Below, in pieces: positions 1-13,563 of a DNA stretch of 54,352 nucleotides. A program made the position numbers and the translations under genes. Positions within the stretch are counted from its first letter, which is position 1, and each line of letters starts with the position of its first letter. The stretch lies in contig JAYWIR010000158.1 in NCBI GenBank assembly GCA_036172245.1, positions 1-54,352 of the forward strand. Reading direction: 5' to 3'. The notes under the pieces were generated by a model that did no database searches, was not told the origin of the DNA, and was given only the letters and a program-made list of their open reading frames with translations. This stretch comes from Raillietiella orientalis (lineage: Eukaryota).

Positions 1-852
1 CTTAGGTACATCGAGATGGTGACAGGACGATTCCCCTACGGGACACGCGAAGCGTGGAAGAACCACAACAACTTTGCGTGGTTCCGAGTAACCGAGCAGA
101 AACTCCGGAAAATAAATAAGGAAGAACAGAAAGACACCAGTGCCCTCCAAAAAGCCGCCGATCGTTACGGAAGTGACAGGACCAACCTGTTAGCGATCGG
201 CACAACGCTCTGAAGGAGTGACCTACCGCCGGACTCTCAGGACGACCTTCTGATGTTCTATCACGGAGGAATCCAGAGCGGGTCCAGACTGCAACACTTT
301 ACAGGCAAAAACGAAGATGGAAACTGCAAAGCGTGTGGAGACAGAGAAACGAGACTACTTGTCCTAACCTGTCCCACAATGCACTAGGATTGGCAGACCC
401 TGAAATGGGTCATAGGGCTGCCCAACAACTCGACGATGGAAGTCCTAGCAGGGATGTTTCAGGGAAACGCAAACCTTTTCCTATACAACCCGATGGTTAG
501 GACAACCATTGCCCTCTTCATCACCGCCACCTTGATAAGATTGGCGGAAGATGAAGAATGCTAGAGCAACCGCATGCCCCATGGAGATCCTACCAAGATT
601 CATCCAAAAGGAGATCGGAATCAGGAACTGCGGAAAAGTGCCAGCCTGGACCTACAAGTACATCCTTAGAAGGATTGAAAGTACCGTCCAGGCACAACCC
701 ACACGCAGTCCTACCTAGTGCAGACCGGCCCACAGTAACTCCCCAAAGAAAAAAAGTGACAGTGAATTTATTGTGTTGTGCTCTGCGTGAATGAAATTGT
801 AGTATGAATGAGAAAATAAATTCACCCCACTCCTTGTGGGACTTGGGGAAAA
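1..852 (+). mobile_element. 3' end of decayed L1/Tx1-like non-LTR retrotransposon (family A, copy 1)
   Basis: Translates to LMFYHGGIQSGSRLQHF...NCKACGDRETRLLVLTCPTMH (C-terminal zinc finger) and YNPMVRTTIALF. Homologous to 4200-4750 and 5090-5870. Has stops and frameshifts, and ends in AATAAA (~815) plus a stem-loop. Confidence 0.8.
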
Positions 853-3800
853 TGGAGCGAACGATACGAGGCTGGAACGTGAAGACCTGCTGGAACGTCT
901 GAGGAAGGTCATTCCGCCTGCGGTGGTCATGCACCTCGAGGAGCAGGTTTATGTCAGCCTCACCCCCCTGGTACTTCAGGACGAGGACCGGAAGTAGGGG
1001 GAAGGAACGTCGCTGGCGGAAACGCCAAGCAGAGAAACGACGGAGACGTCTCCAGTCTCCACTCCCCGGAATAGGATACTCCTGACGAAGAGGAAGCAAC
1101 CATCCATGAACTGCCTGAACAATCCAGAAGGAACACACGCGCCCAAACTAGGGCCCAAATGTCCCAAAAGAAGAGAAAAATCAAATAGAGCGTTGCAGTC
1201 GTTCGTTAATGACGCAGCACCTTTTGTCCATTACCAAAGTCGGGTTCGCATCCTGGAACATCAACGGATGCACAAACCTGACGAGGAAGAAACATATGAA
1301 GTGGCTCCTGCCTGGACAGGGAGCCATCTGCTGCATGCAGAGAATCCACCTCATAACGCCGGAAACATGCCAAGAGCTGGAAATAGATCTCCGAGTAGCA
1401 GTCCACGTCAACCAGGGTTCGATCAGTCGCAAAGTTGCAGCCTTCCTTGTCAAACAGACCCCCGCTCCCACTATCCTGGAGGTCTTCCATGGGCCAGGGG
1501 GTGGCGTGGTCCGGAAGCCTGTTCGTGGTGAACGCGCACGGGCCACTCTTTAAGAAAGCCTTTGCAATCGCCCTCGCAGAGTTAGTTAGTCTCCCGAACG
1601 ACGTCATCGTCATTGCGGGTGACTTTAACGTCCGCCTGGACGGCAATCGAAAGCCCGAGTCAGGTGCGAACAGAGAATACCGGCACATCGTGGAGGAACT
1701 CTCGCTCCTGTGTACGGGGGCGAATGCGACCTGCATCGACTACGTCCTGCAATCGGAGACTCTCGTGAATCGCACCCAGGGGATCCGAGAACTCAACATT
1801 GGGATCACGGATCATTCCCGGTTGAAATGGAGAATGGCATCCAGGAATCCCAGAAAAGAAAACGCGGTGCCCCGGGTGGAACTGATCCGCAGTGGAACGG
1901 ACATTTTCCTCCGTACCAGCGCGTCGTGGAAACCATCCTTTCCACGACCAACATCCTGCGCGTGGATATCCTGAAACACACCGTGCATCTCTTCACCAAC
2001 ATGCAGTACGGCGATTAGGATCTCCGCGAGGAAGCGTACGGGGAGACCCACCAACTCCATCCCTCCCACTCTGAGTACTGGAAACGCTACCACAGGCGCT
2101 TCCTCGGAAGGAGCGTCAAAAAGGATATCGGACATCTTCTGGAAAAACGCAACTTGATAGCGCACATCTTCCATGTCCTTTACCAAGACAAGGACTGCAG
2201 GACCTCGGAGCAAGTGCTGGAAACCCTTAGCACCACTACTCGGAGCTATGCACGAAAAGGACGTTGTAGCCGGGAGGCCAGAAGCGGATTCTCCGTTGCG
2301 TGAAGAAACGCCTGGCCTCTCAAGAATTACGAGACCTGGAAGGGCAATTGAACGTCGATGAGGTCAAAGCAGCGTTCGACGGATTGCGCAAGGGCGTGTC
2401 AGCGGACCCCGACAGCGTGCCGGTCACGCACTATCAGAGGCACTTGCCGACTACCTGCGCTTATTCCGTCAGCTGCTGGAGTGTATCGACCGAGAAGAAC
2501 GACTGCCCGCCTTCTTTCACCGAACCAGGATGAGGCTGCTCCCCAAGAGAGGCGGGGACCTCGCAACGTCACCCAGTGGAGGTCCATATCCGTCCTCAAT
2601 TCGGATGTGAAATGGATGGCGAAGATCTGGGTTAACAGGCTGAAGAAATGCATGAAGTCGGTGGTCCCCCGCGCAGACGTGTGCCGTGCCAGGCAGTCGC
2701 ATGCGGGATAACTTGAAGTGCGACCAGGTCCTCCTGCGCTACAATCGTGTCCTGGGTAAGGAATTGGTGATGGGCTTCATCGACATCGAGAAGGCCTTCG
2801 GAACGGTGGACCACGCCGTACTGCTGAAGATCCTCGCAAAGCAGGGTCTCCAGGGGAGATTCGTCCAGCACGTGGCACACACCTTGGAGGAGGAAGCCAA
2901 TTTCTCGATCACAGTTAACGGACTCACGTCGCAAAACATCCGAATGAAGAGAGGAGTCCGACAGGAAGATGCCCTGAGACCCTATGCTCTTCGTGTTGTA
3001 CATGGAGGCAGTAAGCGCCTTCGTTCACCACGAGAGCCGACTCAAGGGTATCGACCTGAGAGAAGAAGAGCCCAGCATCACGCACCTGGCCTACGCCGAC
3101 GACCTGCTTTTCGTCAAGACTGACAAGAGGGACCGGGAGGCATTCCTGGACGTCGTTCAGGTCATGGAGTGCGGGCTTGGACTCTAATTGAACCCAAAGT
3201 CCCATCTACTCGCCGTGGGAATACCGGAAGTCACCGTCCTTCATACCCATGCTTCCAGATTGAGGACAGTGTAAAGTACCTCGGGGTACGCATAGGTGAC
3301 GAAACCCCTACCCTGGAGCTGCAGCAGTGGTTGCCCATCCTGGCCGAGCTGAGCCAAGAAGCCAACCAATATGTCGGAAGATCCTTCTCGCAGAAGGACC
3401 AGCCAAACCTCTGGAACGGGGTCATGGCGCCGAAGTTTCTCTCTGCCGCGTCATTCCAAGCGTTCCCCACAAGGACGGCAAAAGATCTGGACGACGTTCA
3501 GGGGAAACTTGTCCGGTGCGGAAAGACCAAAGACAAAATTGCAGCATCTGTGTCGCCCGCAGATGGAAGGAGGTACTCTCATGCGCGATGTCGTCACTGC
3601 AGTGAAGCTCCAGGAACTAAAACATCTGGTCCGAATGAGACCGGGACGGGTGGCCGTTCGCGTTCCACCACGCCTTCGCAAGACTGGTGTACAGAACCGA
3701 AGGCCTAATGTACGCCATGGCGCTCCCCGCAGACGAATGGGAAAAAATAGATCCCACTTGGAAAAGAGTAGAGAGTCTCGTCTGGGAATTTAAATTGAAG

Positions 3801-4780
3801 ATTGTGCCAAGGAGAAAAGAACTCACCAAGATGATTCCGATGTTTATCAGCGTCCCTTGGGAAACGGGACAATGGATAAACAAGACCCGGAAGATGACCA
3901 TGGAGGCATGCGAGAGACTGTCCAGCAGCGTGGTTATCCACGCAAGACGAGTCCTCGCATACAGCTAGAAAAGAGAATAACTCACAGGATCCGGGAGGTT
4001 TGGCAGGAAAAAGGCACACAGTGGTCCAGGGGGAACCTCCTGAGCAACAATCCTCCCCTCTCCCTCTAGCCTCTAGCCTCTAGCCTCAGTTCCCAGGACA
4101 CATCACCATCCGAGGCGATGTGGAAAATGAATTCGAGGTTAGACAGTCCCGCCGTGGTCTCAAGGGCAATAGGGACGGTCCTATGAAGATCCTCATTGCC
4201 ACGGGACGTTGAGGACTGCCTCCACGGATGTTCTACCACGGAGGCATCCCGTGCGGCACGAGGCTCCAACGCTGAACCGGGAACTCCAACGACGGCCAGT
4301 GTCCAGGCTGTGGGTCGATCGAGGACGACCTGAACATTTACAACTGTCGAACCCTCGTTCGGAGTCGGAGAGCGGCGAGGCGGACAGTGGAGATGGAGGG
4401 CACGTCAACGCTTGAAATCCGCGAGGACTTTTCGAAGGCGAAGACGCCGTTTTCCGATACAATCCCACCGTGCGGGTGATCGTCGCCTTCTTCCTGAGGA
4501 GCAGCCTCGTCAGGAGGACAAGTTCACGCACGGGCATGTGTGCACTGCCCGAGGCATTCTCTCAGGACTCCTGAAAAGGGAGATGAACATACGAGCGTGC
4601 GGAAGAGTTCCATCTTGCACTCTTCTGCATGGCCTCCGAATTCCGAACTGCGGCCAGGACGGCGTAGTATCTTTCCCGCGCAAGACGCACTAGTGATGGT
4701 GTGCAGTGTGATTTGCGTGATTGCAGTATGGATAGTCCTTAAATAAAATTACCCCACCGCCAATCGGACTGGGGAAAAAC
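853..4780 (+). mobile_element. Near full-length ORF2 of L1/Tx1-clade non-LTR retrotransposon (APE endonuclease, RT, zinc finger), frameshifted, 5'-truncated (family A, copy 2)
   Basis: APE motifs: FASWNINGC (~1240), VIAGDFN (~1615), IDYVL, TDH (~1810). RT motifs: QWRSISVLNSDVKWMAK, FIDIEKAFGTVDH, GVRQED, LAYADDL (~3090), KYLGV (~3275). Zinc finger CPGCGSIEDD..IYNC (~4300). AATAAA at ~4742. Multiple frameshifts. Confidence 0.92.
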
Positions 4781-4799
4781 GATACGCGGGGCACTGAGC

Positions 4800-5897
4800 C
4801 TACTCGTTCTCAACAACTCGAGAGGCCTGATGACTGCCCTGTTAAGGGCGAGCAAGGGAACGGTTACCCATAAACCGGATTTGGAAGAAGAAGCGGACAC
4901 TGGTGCCAAAGCACCAAATCAAGATCATGCCTAGAAGAAAAGAACTCTGGGAGGAGGAATCCATCCTGGCAATCCCATGGATGCTCCCAGTTCCTAGTCA
5001 CACGAGAAGCTGGATCCACCAGCGGCCCAGAGTTACCACGCAGAGAACACAAGAGTGCAAGCGGGAGGTCTCCTCCACCAACCCCGTGTAATCAGGTACA
5101 TTGAGATGGTGACGGGAAGGTTCACCCACAGGCCGCGCGCAGTGTGGAAAAACCACAACTACTTGTGGTCCAGGATTACCAAGGAAAACTTTCGCCGCCT
5201 CATACCTAAGGAACACCAGTACCCTCCAGGATGCTGCCAATCGCTACGGGAGCGACACAGTCAACCTGCTAGCGATTAGAACGACGCTCTGGAGGAGCGA
5301 CCTACCGACGGACACCCTGCTGAAGTTTCAGCACGAAGGAATCCAAAGTGGGTGCAGGATGCAATACTTTACCGGCAAAACGTCAAACCAGGATTGTAAG
5401 GAATGTGGCGACGTGGATACGAGACTTCATGTCTTGACCTGTCCCACAATGCACCGAGAATGGAAAGCTCTGAAGAGGGAAATAGGACTCCAAACAGTGC
5501 GACGATGGAAGTCCTGGCCGGGATGTTCCCGGGAAGAGGAAACGTGCCCCACTACAACCCAATGGTCAGTTCATTATTGTCTGGTCCATCACCGCCACAT
5601 TGATAAGACGGTGGAAGATGAGAACCGTCGGTGCAGCCATATCTTCCATGGAAATTCTGAGAAGGATTATCCAAAAAGGAGATTGGCATCCGGAACTGCG
5701 GACAAGTACCAGCCTGGGCGAACCGATACATCCTAAAACCGTCCAGGCTTACCCAGCGCCCGTTCCCCCAAGAACCTCAGTGCAGTGAAATGAACATCAC
5801 AGTGGAAACAGCTAATCTGCGCCGGTTCTGGAATAAACGCGTTTTGTACTCTGAATAAATGAGAATAAATTTACACACCTTTCTGGGGATTGGGAAA
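4800..5897 (+). mobile_element. 3' fragment of the same non-LTR family (family A, copy 3)
   Basis: KIMPRRKEL matches KIVPRRKEL of copy 2. Zinc finger DCKECGDVDTRLHVLTCPTMH. 5090-5700 aligns with 1-660 at nucleotide level. Ends in AATAAA (~5864) plus the same terminal motif. Confidence 0.82.
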
Positions 5898-5899
5898 CT

Positions 5900-6450
5900 C
5901 GGTAACGATGACGAGGAGGAAGCTGGCGTCCACGATGAAAAATCACCACCACAGTCCCGAGTCGACCGTGGAGCCTGCAGAGAGAAGCCACAGCAGGACC
6001 ACTGGGTTCTTCGCTTCTCGGGAGAGTCTGCGAGGACCCTTCGCAGACTCTCCCGAGACCCAGACGGCAGCGCGTTGGATTCCGGCACCACCGTGCCCAA
6101 CGAACGACACCCCTGCTTTGACGCGGTTGGCGTGGCTCCAGAAAGAGGAAAGAGTACGGCAATCCCTTTCCTCAGGGCTCCTTCAGAGTAGAGGTAGCCA
6201 GAAAGCCGACCCGGACGCGGGAGCTTCTTCCATTGAGAGGCGGTGGTCCAAGCGCACGACCTCGCGTCGCCTGCGGTGACAGCTTCGAAAGCAGCTTCCG
6301 AAAAACTGCAGAGACGCTGGAGAGACTTCGCGGGCGTTGTCAACTTAACGAAATGCTCAAGAAAAGAAGATCAGGGATGCTGCATGTCGTGCTAGACTCC
6401 TCCGGGAAGATGAGGGAGTGCTAGTGGCCTGCAGTGCCGAGCATGCGCTC
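5900..6450 (+). mobile_element. Possible non-LTR fragment (APE C-terminus plus linker)
   Basis: QDHWVLRF resembles the APE SDH motif. LAWLQKE/GKSTAIPFLR resembles the L1/Tx1 linker W...GEKST.yFfr. Short motifs only. Confidence 0.35.
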
Positions 6451-8723
6451 TTGAGGACGCACATGCGGAATTGATGACGACGGCGCAGTGGACTGAGGTC
6501 GAAAACGATAGCCCCCGATTGTCCACGGGTGTGGCGTGACGTCATGTGCACGTATAGGTCGCGCTGACCAGTCGAAAGCTCACGGCCCCAAATCCAGATC
6601 ACCGGATCTGGCCAGAAGCAGGTGGCTTCGGGGACTGCCTTCTGGCCGTGCTTCTAATTCGACGTTGGCACCCTCGTAGGGGGCCGTTGTGTCACACGTG
6701 AAACGCACCCACCCGCTGCTGTCCGGCGAGGAGTAGCTGCATCCGAAGAGCATGGTTTCCGAGAACGAGCTGTTGGACGGAACGGAAACTCTGGAGAACC
6801 ACGGGGCGTCGGTGTAAGCGTAGAAGGAAGGCTCCAGGAACACTCTTCCGCTTGCTGTTCATGGGATGGGACGGAAACATATAGTTCTATTCGTGGTACG
6901 AGAGTAGCTTTCGCTTCCACTGATCTTACCGCCCGTCGGAGGCGACGACGATGTTGGTGTGGAAGTCGAATCAGAGATGTCACCAACGTCGCAGCGAGAC
7001 CGGGAGAAGCTGCTGGCGGCGGATTCGCACAGCGGAACTCGTCGCTCGTCCGTTTCCTCGTATTCTCCCAGCTGGCAGGGAGGCAGGACAAAGGATTCTA
7101 TAGAAACCTTCTCGGCAATTCCCTCCAAAGGGCCGCCTGCGGCGAAGATGTGCTCACAGATGTGCTCACGTCTCCTGCGAGGATCCCGAGCCTGGACGAA
7201 GACACGAGCTTCCGACGGCACCCTCGGGGAAAATGCCGTCGGGAGGCTGCCCCAGGTCTTCAGGGAGTGCGCGCACGCGCCCCTCCAGAAACGGAACAAC
7301 CACCGAGGCGCCGTCTCTCTCGTGGAGTGGTTGGGCGGTTGTCCAGGGGACAGACCCGTCTCCCTTTGGAAGGAACAGTGGACCGATGCGTGCTGCGAGG
7401 AAATACTTCTCGGTGGGAAGACGGCACCCATTGGGGCCACGAAATGGTGGTCAAGCGGACCCTGGTTCCCTTGATCACTACTCTGCCTAGTGCCTTTGGA
7501 GCATTCCCTGCGCCCTAGGTCAGCCCCAGGTCAGACCCAGGCCAGAATCCGCACCAAGCAGTCCGTCATTCTATAGGGCTCGCCTACCGACGCCTGCGGC
7601 GCATGGCTGCTTCACCTGCAGGCGGCCAGCGTCCCCCTCTTTTGGAAGACTCTGCCTCTTGCAAAGGTGCAGCGGAGACGAAGGCGTCCGAGCGCCCCAG
7701 CGGGCTGCGACCCGGATACGGAAAAAGGCCACTTGCATCCGACACAATGACATCAGACGCGACCCATCCGGCTGGGGTCAGCATCCCATGCGAGCGGCGC
7801 ATAGGGTGTTGACCCGCTGAGAGCTTATGCGGGAGCAGGAGATTGAAATTCGGCCGGCAGGAGGGCCCGGGATCCAGAGGAGCACCCATGGATGCCCGCT
7901 GGTCGACCTGCCCGTTTATACCGATACGCCTTCCCGCGTGTGTGAGCCCCTCATTGCCTGAGAATGCAGTTTCCTTCCACGCCCAACAGATCAAACGTCG
8001 CCTTAGTGATGCCCTTCCCGCGTAATAGGTTGCCGGAATATGGACCGACTCCCCGAGGACACCTCGCTGCAAGCCCGAAGAAGCCACACGGAGAAAGTGG
8101 CGGAGCGACGGTGCCGCCCTCAATACGGTGGCGCCGCAAAGCCGAAATTCCCAGCGCTGCCCTCTGGGGTAACGAGGAACGATCATAGGTAAGAGGAAGG
8201 TACCAAGCAGCCGAAAGATCCCTTAGAAATAAGCAGCCGCAGCAGAAACCAATGCAGGAGTCCAAAAGGCGTCAACGAACCGACGTGAATTCAGGAGCAG
8301 AGTTACCGGCAGCCTTAAAGAGGGACAAGAACACCGAGGTAAGGAAGCAAAACGTGCTCAGGCACTCCGTTTGATGCCGTCCGCAGCCATCCTCTGCAAC
8401 AGCATTCTGTGTGAATTGCTGGACGAAATCCAAGCCACAATTCGCACCCACGACGCGGCGTCAAGAAGGACTGATGGAAAACGTGGTTTTGGTGTGAACT
8501 CAAACTCCAATCTTTTGCAAAAGATGTCGGTTCCAGTTGGGAGAAAGCTTTCCAGAGCCGTCAGCGAAAGGCCAGACACGGACATCTCTTCTGATGTGTT
8601 CTCACATCGTCTGCATTTTCAGCAGATAAGCCGATGAGTTTGCCCAATAAACTTTAAAGATGGTTCGTGTTAAGCATTTATTTCTACAGCACTTTCTTTC
8701 ACGAGGGAATCTGAAAATGGCAA

Positions 8724-11700
8724 TCAGATTTTCCTGAACGAGAAACCAATCGTTTTCTTCCCCACGTCGATCCTCACCAACATTTTTTCCAAAAACATGG
8801 TGGACAAGTACCAGGTCTGCTCATCCTCCGATTCTATAAACTTCAAGTAGCAATTCCCGGAATGCTAAACCAAAACGTGAAAAAGCGATTCACCATTTTG
8901 CACTTGGTATTCCTGAGGGGAAAGGTACGTTTGGTCTGCTACTGAAGGAAAGGATTTTCCGGTTCCATAAGGGTAAGATGAGTGAAACAAAGATGGGGCA
9001 AACTTTTCGCCGATTCCTCGCTGTGCAGCATCGAACGGAAGCTCTCGCAGTGTCGCTGCCAAAGTTAAAACGCTTTCTTGCGAAATACCGTCAAAAGTTG
9101 CGAAAATGAGTGCGCAACGCGCAAAGATGCGAACGCGCTGAACAAATACTTCGGAACCTCCGCTGCAAAGGATTCTCCGCAATGAGGAAATCTCACTGAC
9201 GTGGCCACTGTGAGCCTTCGAAGAGTGGACATGCAAAGTGGAAGGAGATGTGGCCACTGTGAGCGAAGAAGTTCTTTTTCGCGCGAGCGCACCGGAAGTC
9301 GTGCCGTCTGTAGACAACTGGCTCCAGAGGCGCAAATTGCTCTTCGCCTCAGAAAAGAGGACTCGAAGGCAAAGCGAGACAAGGCACGAACGAGGAGAAC
9401 TCAAAAGTAGACTTGCACCGGTATGGGCGCTTACAAGGGAGGGTGTGGGGGAAGCGATCACAGATATGAAACTGCATCTCGTACGACAAAGGTACCGGCG
9501 TCGTATCAGAAAGAAGGTACACGGAACTATTCGCGAACTTTCTTTTTTTGGAGGCGGAGCACTATCAAACAAATCACGTACCTTCCAAATGTAATTTTCA
9601 GAATTCATAATCAACTCCAAATTCAATCCCAATTTCACAGTAAACTCTGGAAAGCTCTCAGGGCTACAGGGCACCTAAAATAACGGTTTGAAGGATGAGG
9701 TTCGAAGCAAAACGTGTACTGCAAACCTTATACAGTCTTTCCCCTTCATCCTTGGAACCATTTAATTCCTTGACGAATGCTTCAAGGAAGAAAGGTGGTA
9801 TTCTGGCAAGAGTAGATTCTAGATGGAGTACCCCAAAATTGTCTCGTACGTGCAACATTGGTACATTCATCCTCTTCAAAAACACACTGGAACATATGTA
9901 CACTAAAGTAACCCATATCTGTGCTGCGATCTAGCCTTGAAAATACCACGCATGCCATAACGATTGTGGCTAGCATATAACAGACATTTATAGAGCGATG
10001 TGCTGCTCAAACGAACCCTCATTGGCCTAATTGCAATCGCAGCCGAGCCACGCAATGGTGTGACTTTCACGGGGGTCACCGAGATATAAGAAGGCAACCG
10101 GATGACTTCCATCACGATTCCCTCCCGCCAGTTTGAACTCTTGAAGCGCCCATTACACGCCAAACTAGTTCGCCTCGATGCTCTCGAAGGAGGGCCCTCG
10201 AGGCCTCCCGAGTCCAGCAGCATCCTTCAGCACACTCACGAGGCCACCGATCCGGAATCCACGATTCCCGGAGACGAAACCTCACCGCGTAAGACATGAG
10301 GGAGCAGCATGGACATCAGGGCATACGCTCCTTTCCTGAAATGTCTGCGGACCACAACCACGGTAAGTCACCGTTGTGGCTTGCGTGCGAAACGCGCTTT
10401 CCCCTTCGAAGGCGGTCAGCATTCAGGTGGTCGTCAAGCGAGGGGGACCACCGGAATATTTTCCCCTCCGCGTGCCGACAGTTCCAAACTCGCAATTCCT
10501 TGAATGCTGCACCCGTTGCTTCCTTTTCTCTCTATCCATTTCAAATGGCGGAAAATTTCCCAGAGTCACGCCAGCACGACTCCAGAATGAAGCCCTTTTC
10601 GATGTGCTCTGCTTTTCCTTTCAGCGGTCTTCGGCGGGAGAGCCATCGCGCCATCAAAAGCGAACATTTCCCTCTACTCTCACTCGATTCCTGGTTCCCC
10701 ATGGGGAAGCTTTCTCAGCTGCTTGGCGCCGCATGACGCGTTCTTTCGAGCTTCGGATTGCGTTGTGCGCACGCCTTTGGTGCATCATGGGAACCTCCAT
10801 TCGGCGTCCAGACCTCTGGTTGACTGGACCAGGTCATGGGGGCACGCGCACGTGCGAGGAAAATTCCCGTGGAGCCTTCTTGCTACCATCCAGATCTCCT
10901 CACCTTCCATCGGTGATTACGTGCTCACCATTTCGAAGCACGGAAGTGTCCTTCCGTTGCGGGGTAATTCGTTGCTGCACGGATCACTTCATCTCTTCCA
11001 ACTTCTCTCCGGCACTTTGAAACGAAAGTCCCCCGGCCTTCCGTTTCACCCAGGGAATTCCGAGCACCCGTGGAAGGGACCCATGCAGTACCTTCATTTC
11101 CTGGATTGCACTTGAAGGACGCAGGCGAAGAGAAATTCACCGCAGTCAAGGCGTCTGCTGATGCAAAATGAGGAATGGGGTTACGGCAGGAAAACCAGGA
11201 GACCGCCTCCTTTCATTCGAACATCACTTCGCGTCCTCTTTTCTCGATGAAACCAAAATGAGTTTTTCGTTGCACGTTCTGATTCGATCTTCATGATTCC
11301 GATGGATTCCAACTCCTCCCTCGTTTCTTCCCGTGGCAACCCGAAGAAAAGGGTAATTACGTCTGGCGATCAGTTTCTCTTCAGTGTGAACGGAAAAGCG
11401 ACTGTGTCCACTCTACCAAAGAACGAACTGTGCTCCGCAACCATCGCACAAACGAGTGGACGGCCACGTACGCTATGTGGTTGTTACCTCTGAATTGGAA
11501 ACTTTAAAAGGTCTGCATCATCGGAAAGGGGGAGAGTAATGACGCCCAGACCGAATGAATTATCCCGGAATTCGATTTTGCTTCCCTCTTTGCTGGAATG
11601 GTCTGCGAAGTAAGTGAGCACATCATTTCGGGTGCTTACGATTTCAGAGATATCTGGCAAACAGGCAGCTTTGTCTTACTCTGAATTCTCTTCAGGGCAG

Positions 11701-12588
11701 CCTTGTTCAGGGGGAAGACTCCGTTGAATGGGATGTTTGCAATGAGCGCTGACGTTGGAGCGTAATGAAAATAGGAGACGGGAGCGGACACGAATTTTTT
11801 AACCTTTGTAGATACGACAACCCATATCTGAAAGAAAACTTTTCTCCCCCACCTCGAAGAGAATAAAGGGTTGGAAGCAGCATGCAATCCAAGTTGCTCT
11901 TTGATTTGCTTCTCTGCGTCCTTATTGCTGACGCCAATATATGACGAGCTTACTTGGAACCCATCGGCTCGTTTTGGGCACGTCAATGAGTTAAGACCAA
12001 GCGAGTGGACGCTTGATGAATGGCGGTCCACATGGAATTACCAAAGTGCTCGTACCTCAGACGTATCTGACGCCACCTTTCCGTCCGCCGGAAATCCGAA
12101 GAAGTTGGTTTTCTTCTCGCTGGTTTTCTTAGCAGCCGTGGAATCAAAGGAAAACTTCTTCCGGTCTTCTGAACACGCAGAATTTGTTTGCATCGTTCGC
12201 TGATGAGAAGGAAGGAATACTCACTGCACCACGTGGAGGAGCACTGGGAATCGATTATCCACGCTTCGGAATGCGTCGTGCTGGGGGTTAGTTCTGTAAT
12301 GTTCCCATTGATGTTCACAAAAAACGAGTACATGCCCTGTTTTGTGTGCTGAGTGTTAATCGCTACTCAATTTCCTTACCTCGTTGTTGTTCAGGACGAT
12401 TTCCGTGACGTCCTCCGCGTCGGCGGTGGGAAAGCTACACGTCAGAATACGGAAAAGAAACAAAATTTAGAGCGGGTTGGAAAAGAGCAAAATTTTTCGA
12501 TCATGTGGACAAAGGAAATGTCATACTTCGTAGTGGACAGGAATCCTGCTGCCAAAACGGTAAGAAACTGGCAAGTAGAGGACAGCAT
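8724..12588 (-). CDS. Secreted pepsin-family (A1) aspartic protease homologue, predicted non-catalytic, paralogue A; 9 exons, ~342 aa
   Basis: Manual GT-AG model: 12588-12527, 12434-12380, 12336-12225, 12168-12056, 11827-11640, 11592-11488, 9886-9727, 9674-9582, 8864-8724 (1029 nt, open). Hydrophobic N-terminus MLSSTCQFLTVLAAGFL. Pepsin landmarks in order: Y..VNING...PSTTHSEAWII..C....C; GKVASDT; FNGVFPL; GVLHLESTLARIP; VPC...FPEF...ENYI; C...WYLSTMFL....D....IGF. Minus-strand AATAAA at 8677-8682. Confidence 0.8.
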
Positions 12589-13563
12589 CTTCGTTCTGCG
12601 ACTTCAAGCTCTTTCTTACTCGACGGTGGTTCCTGAATAGGTGAGTGAGAATGCCTTCCGCTGGACTCATAATAGCTTAATCACTGAATTTGTAGTTCGC
12701 TTTGCTATTCAAATTGCGCAGCTGCTGCTTCGAAGAAGATGAGAAAAAAGCAGATGACACTTGAAGTTTTCCTTTTAACTTTTCCTCCCTTAATACCAAT
12801 GATGTAGGGAAGGCTGCGGTTTTACATTGGCTTGGTGGATGGAGAGTGTACGGAGTATTCGGGAGCTGTGAACGAATGCTGACGCTCTTGGAGACGAATC
12901 CAATGTCGAATTTCTGGAGTGTTTGAATTGATGTGTTTCCCTTATTTCGTATTCTAAGGTGACACGAAAAAGAATGACAGATGGAAAACCATCTGAGGCA
13001 CTATGGAAAAGAAATAGCATATGAACACGTTGGGTTCGGCCTAATCTACATGGTGGATGGTTCGCCAGCTTCTGTCATCAGTCATTTTCATTTGCATGCA
13101 AATCATTTCGCTTCCCTTCCCAGTTCGCACGTTCCGTGTCCTCTGGCAGCTGAGTTTGCTACCGGTTCTCGCATCCGAGCTTGGGCTCCCTCTGGATGTG
13201 AGAGTTGCATGTGAGGGACATCCTCAGTATCAGACTAGTCCAATACATTTCCGTAAGCTTCTTCCACGCGAAATGGGCGTAATGATTGGTTTCTACCTTT
13301 CAACAGAATTGAAGTCAAAATTCTATCGTTCAGCAGCATGTGGAGGTAACAAGCACATTTCACCGTGAGAAAATTCCGTTCTTTGCTCGAACCCAGGCAG
13401 AGGATCACGACGAGGTAAAACAGGAGATCTGAAGATGACTCTGACAGTGCGTGCTGATCCTCACTGCAGCCGATATCAATAGATTGACAGCCCACAAATC
13501 CCCTAAATAGTGGCGAAGAGAAGGTCAACAAAGAAAACAGCCACTAGCATGAGGATGGGTAGA

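Noticed and set aside
4063..4088. (CTCTAGC)x3 microrepeat
   Set aside because: A local slippage expansion inside a dead ORF2; no evidence it is a target site.
4741..4765. Resemblance of aaattacccc to nematode spliced-leader sequences
   Set aside because: No AG/GT donor, no Sm site and no 5' GGTT.
4820..4870. Hammerhead-like ctgatga plus gccct/agggc stem near a retroelement junction
   Set aside because: The required GAAA after stem II is absent and no stems I/III were found.
10296..11020. + strand ORFs (146 and 214 aa) nearly identical at 26559-27283
   Set aside because: Identity reflects DNA-level near-identity of an intronic block; overlapping frames and no recognisable protein.
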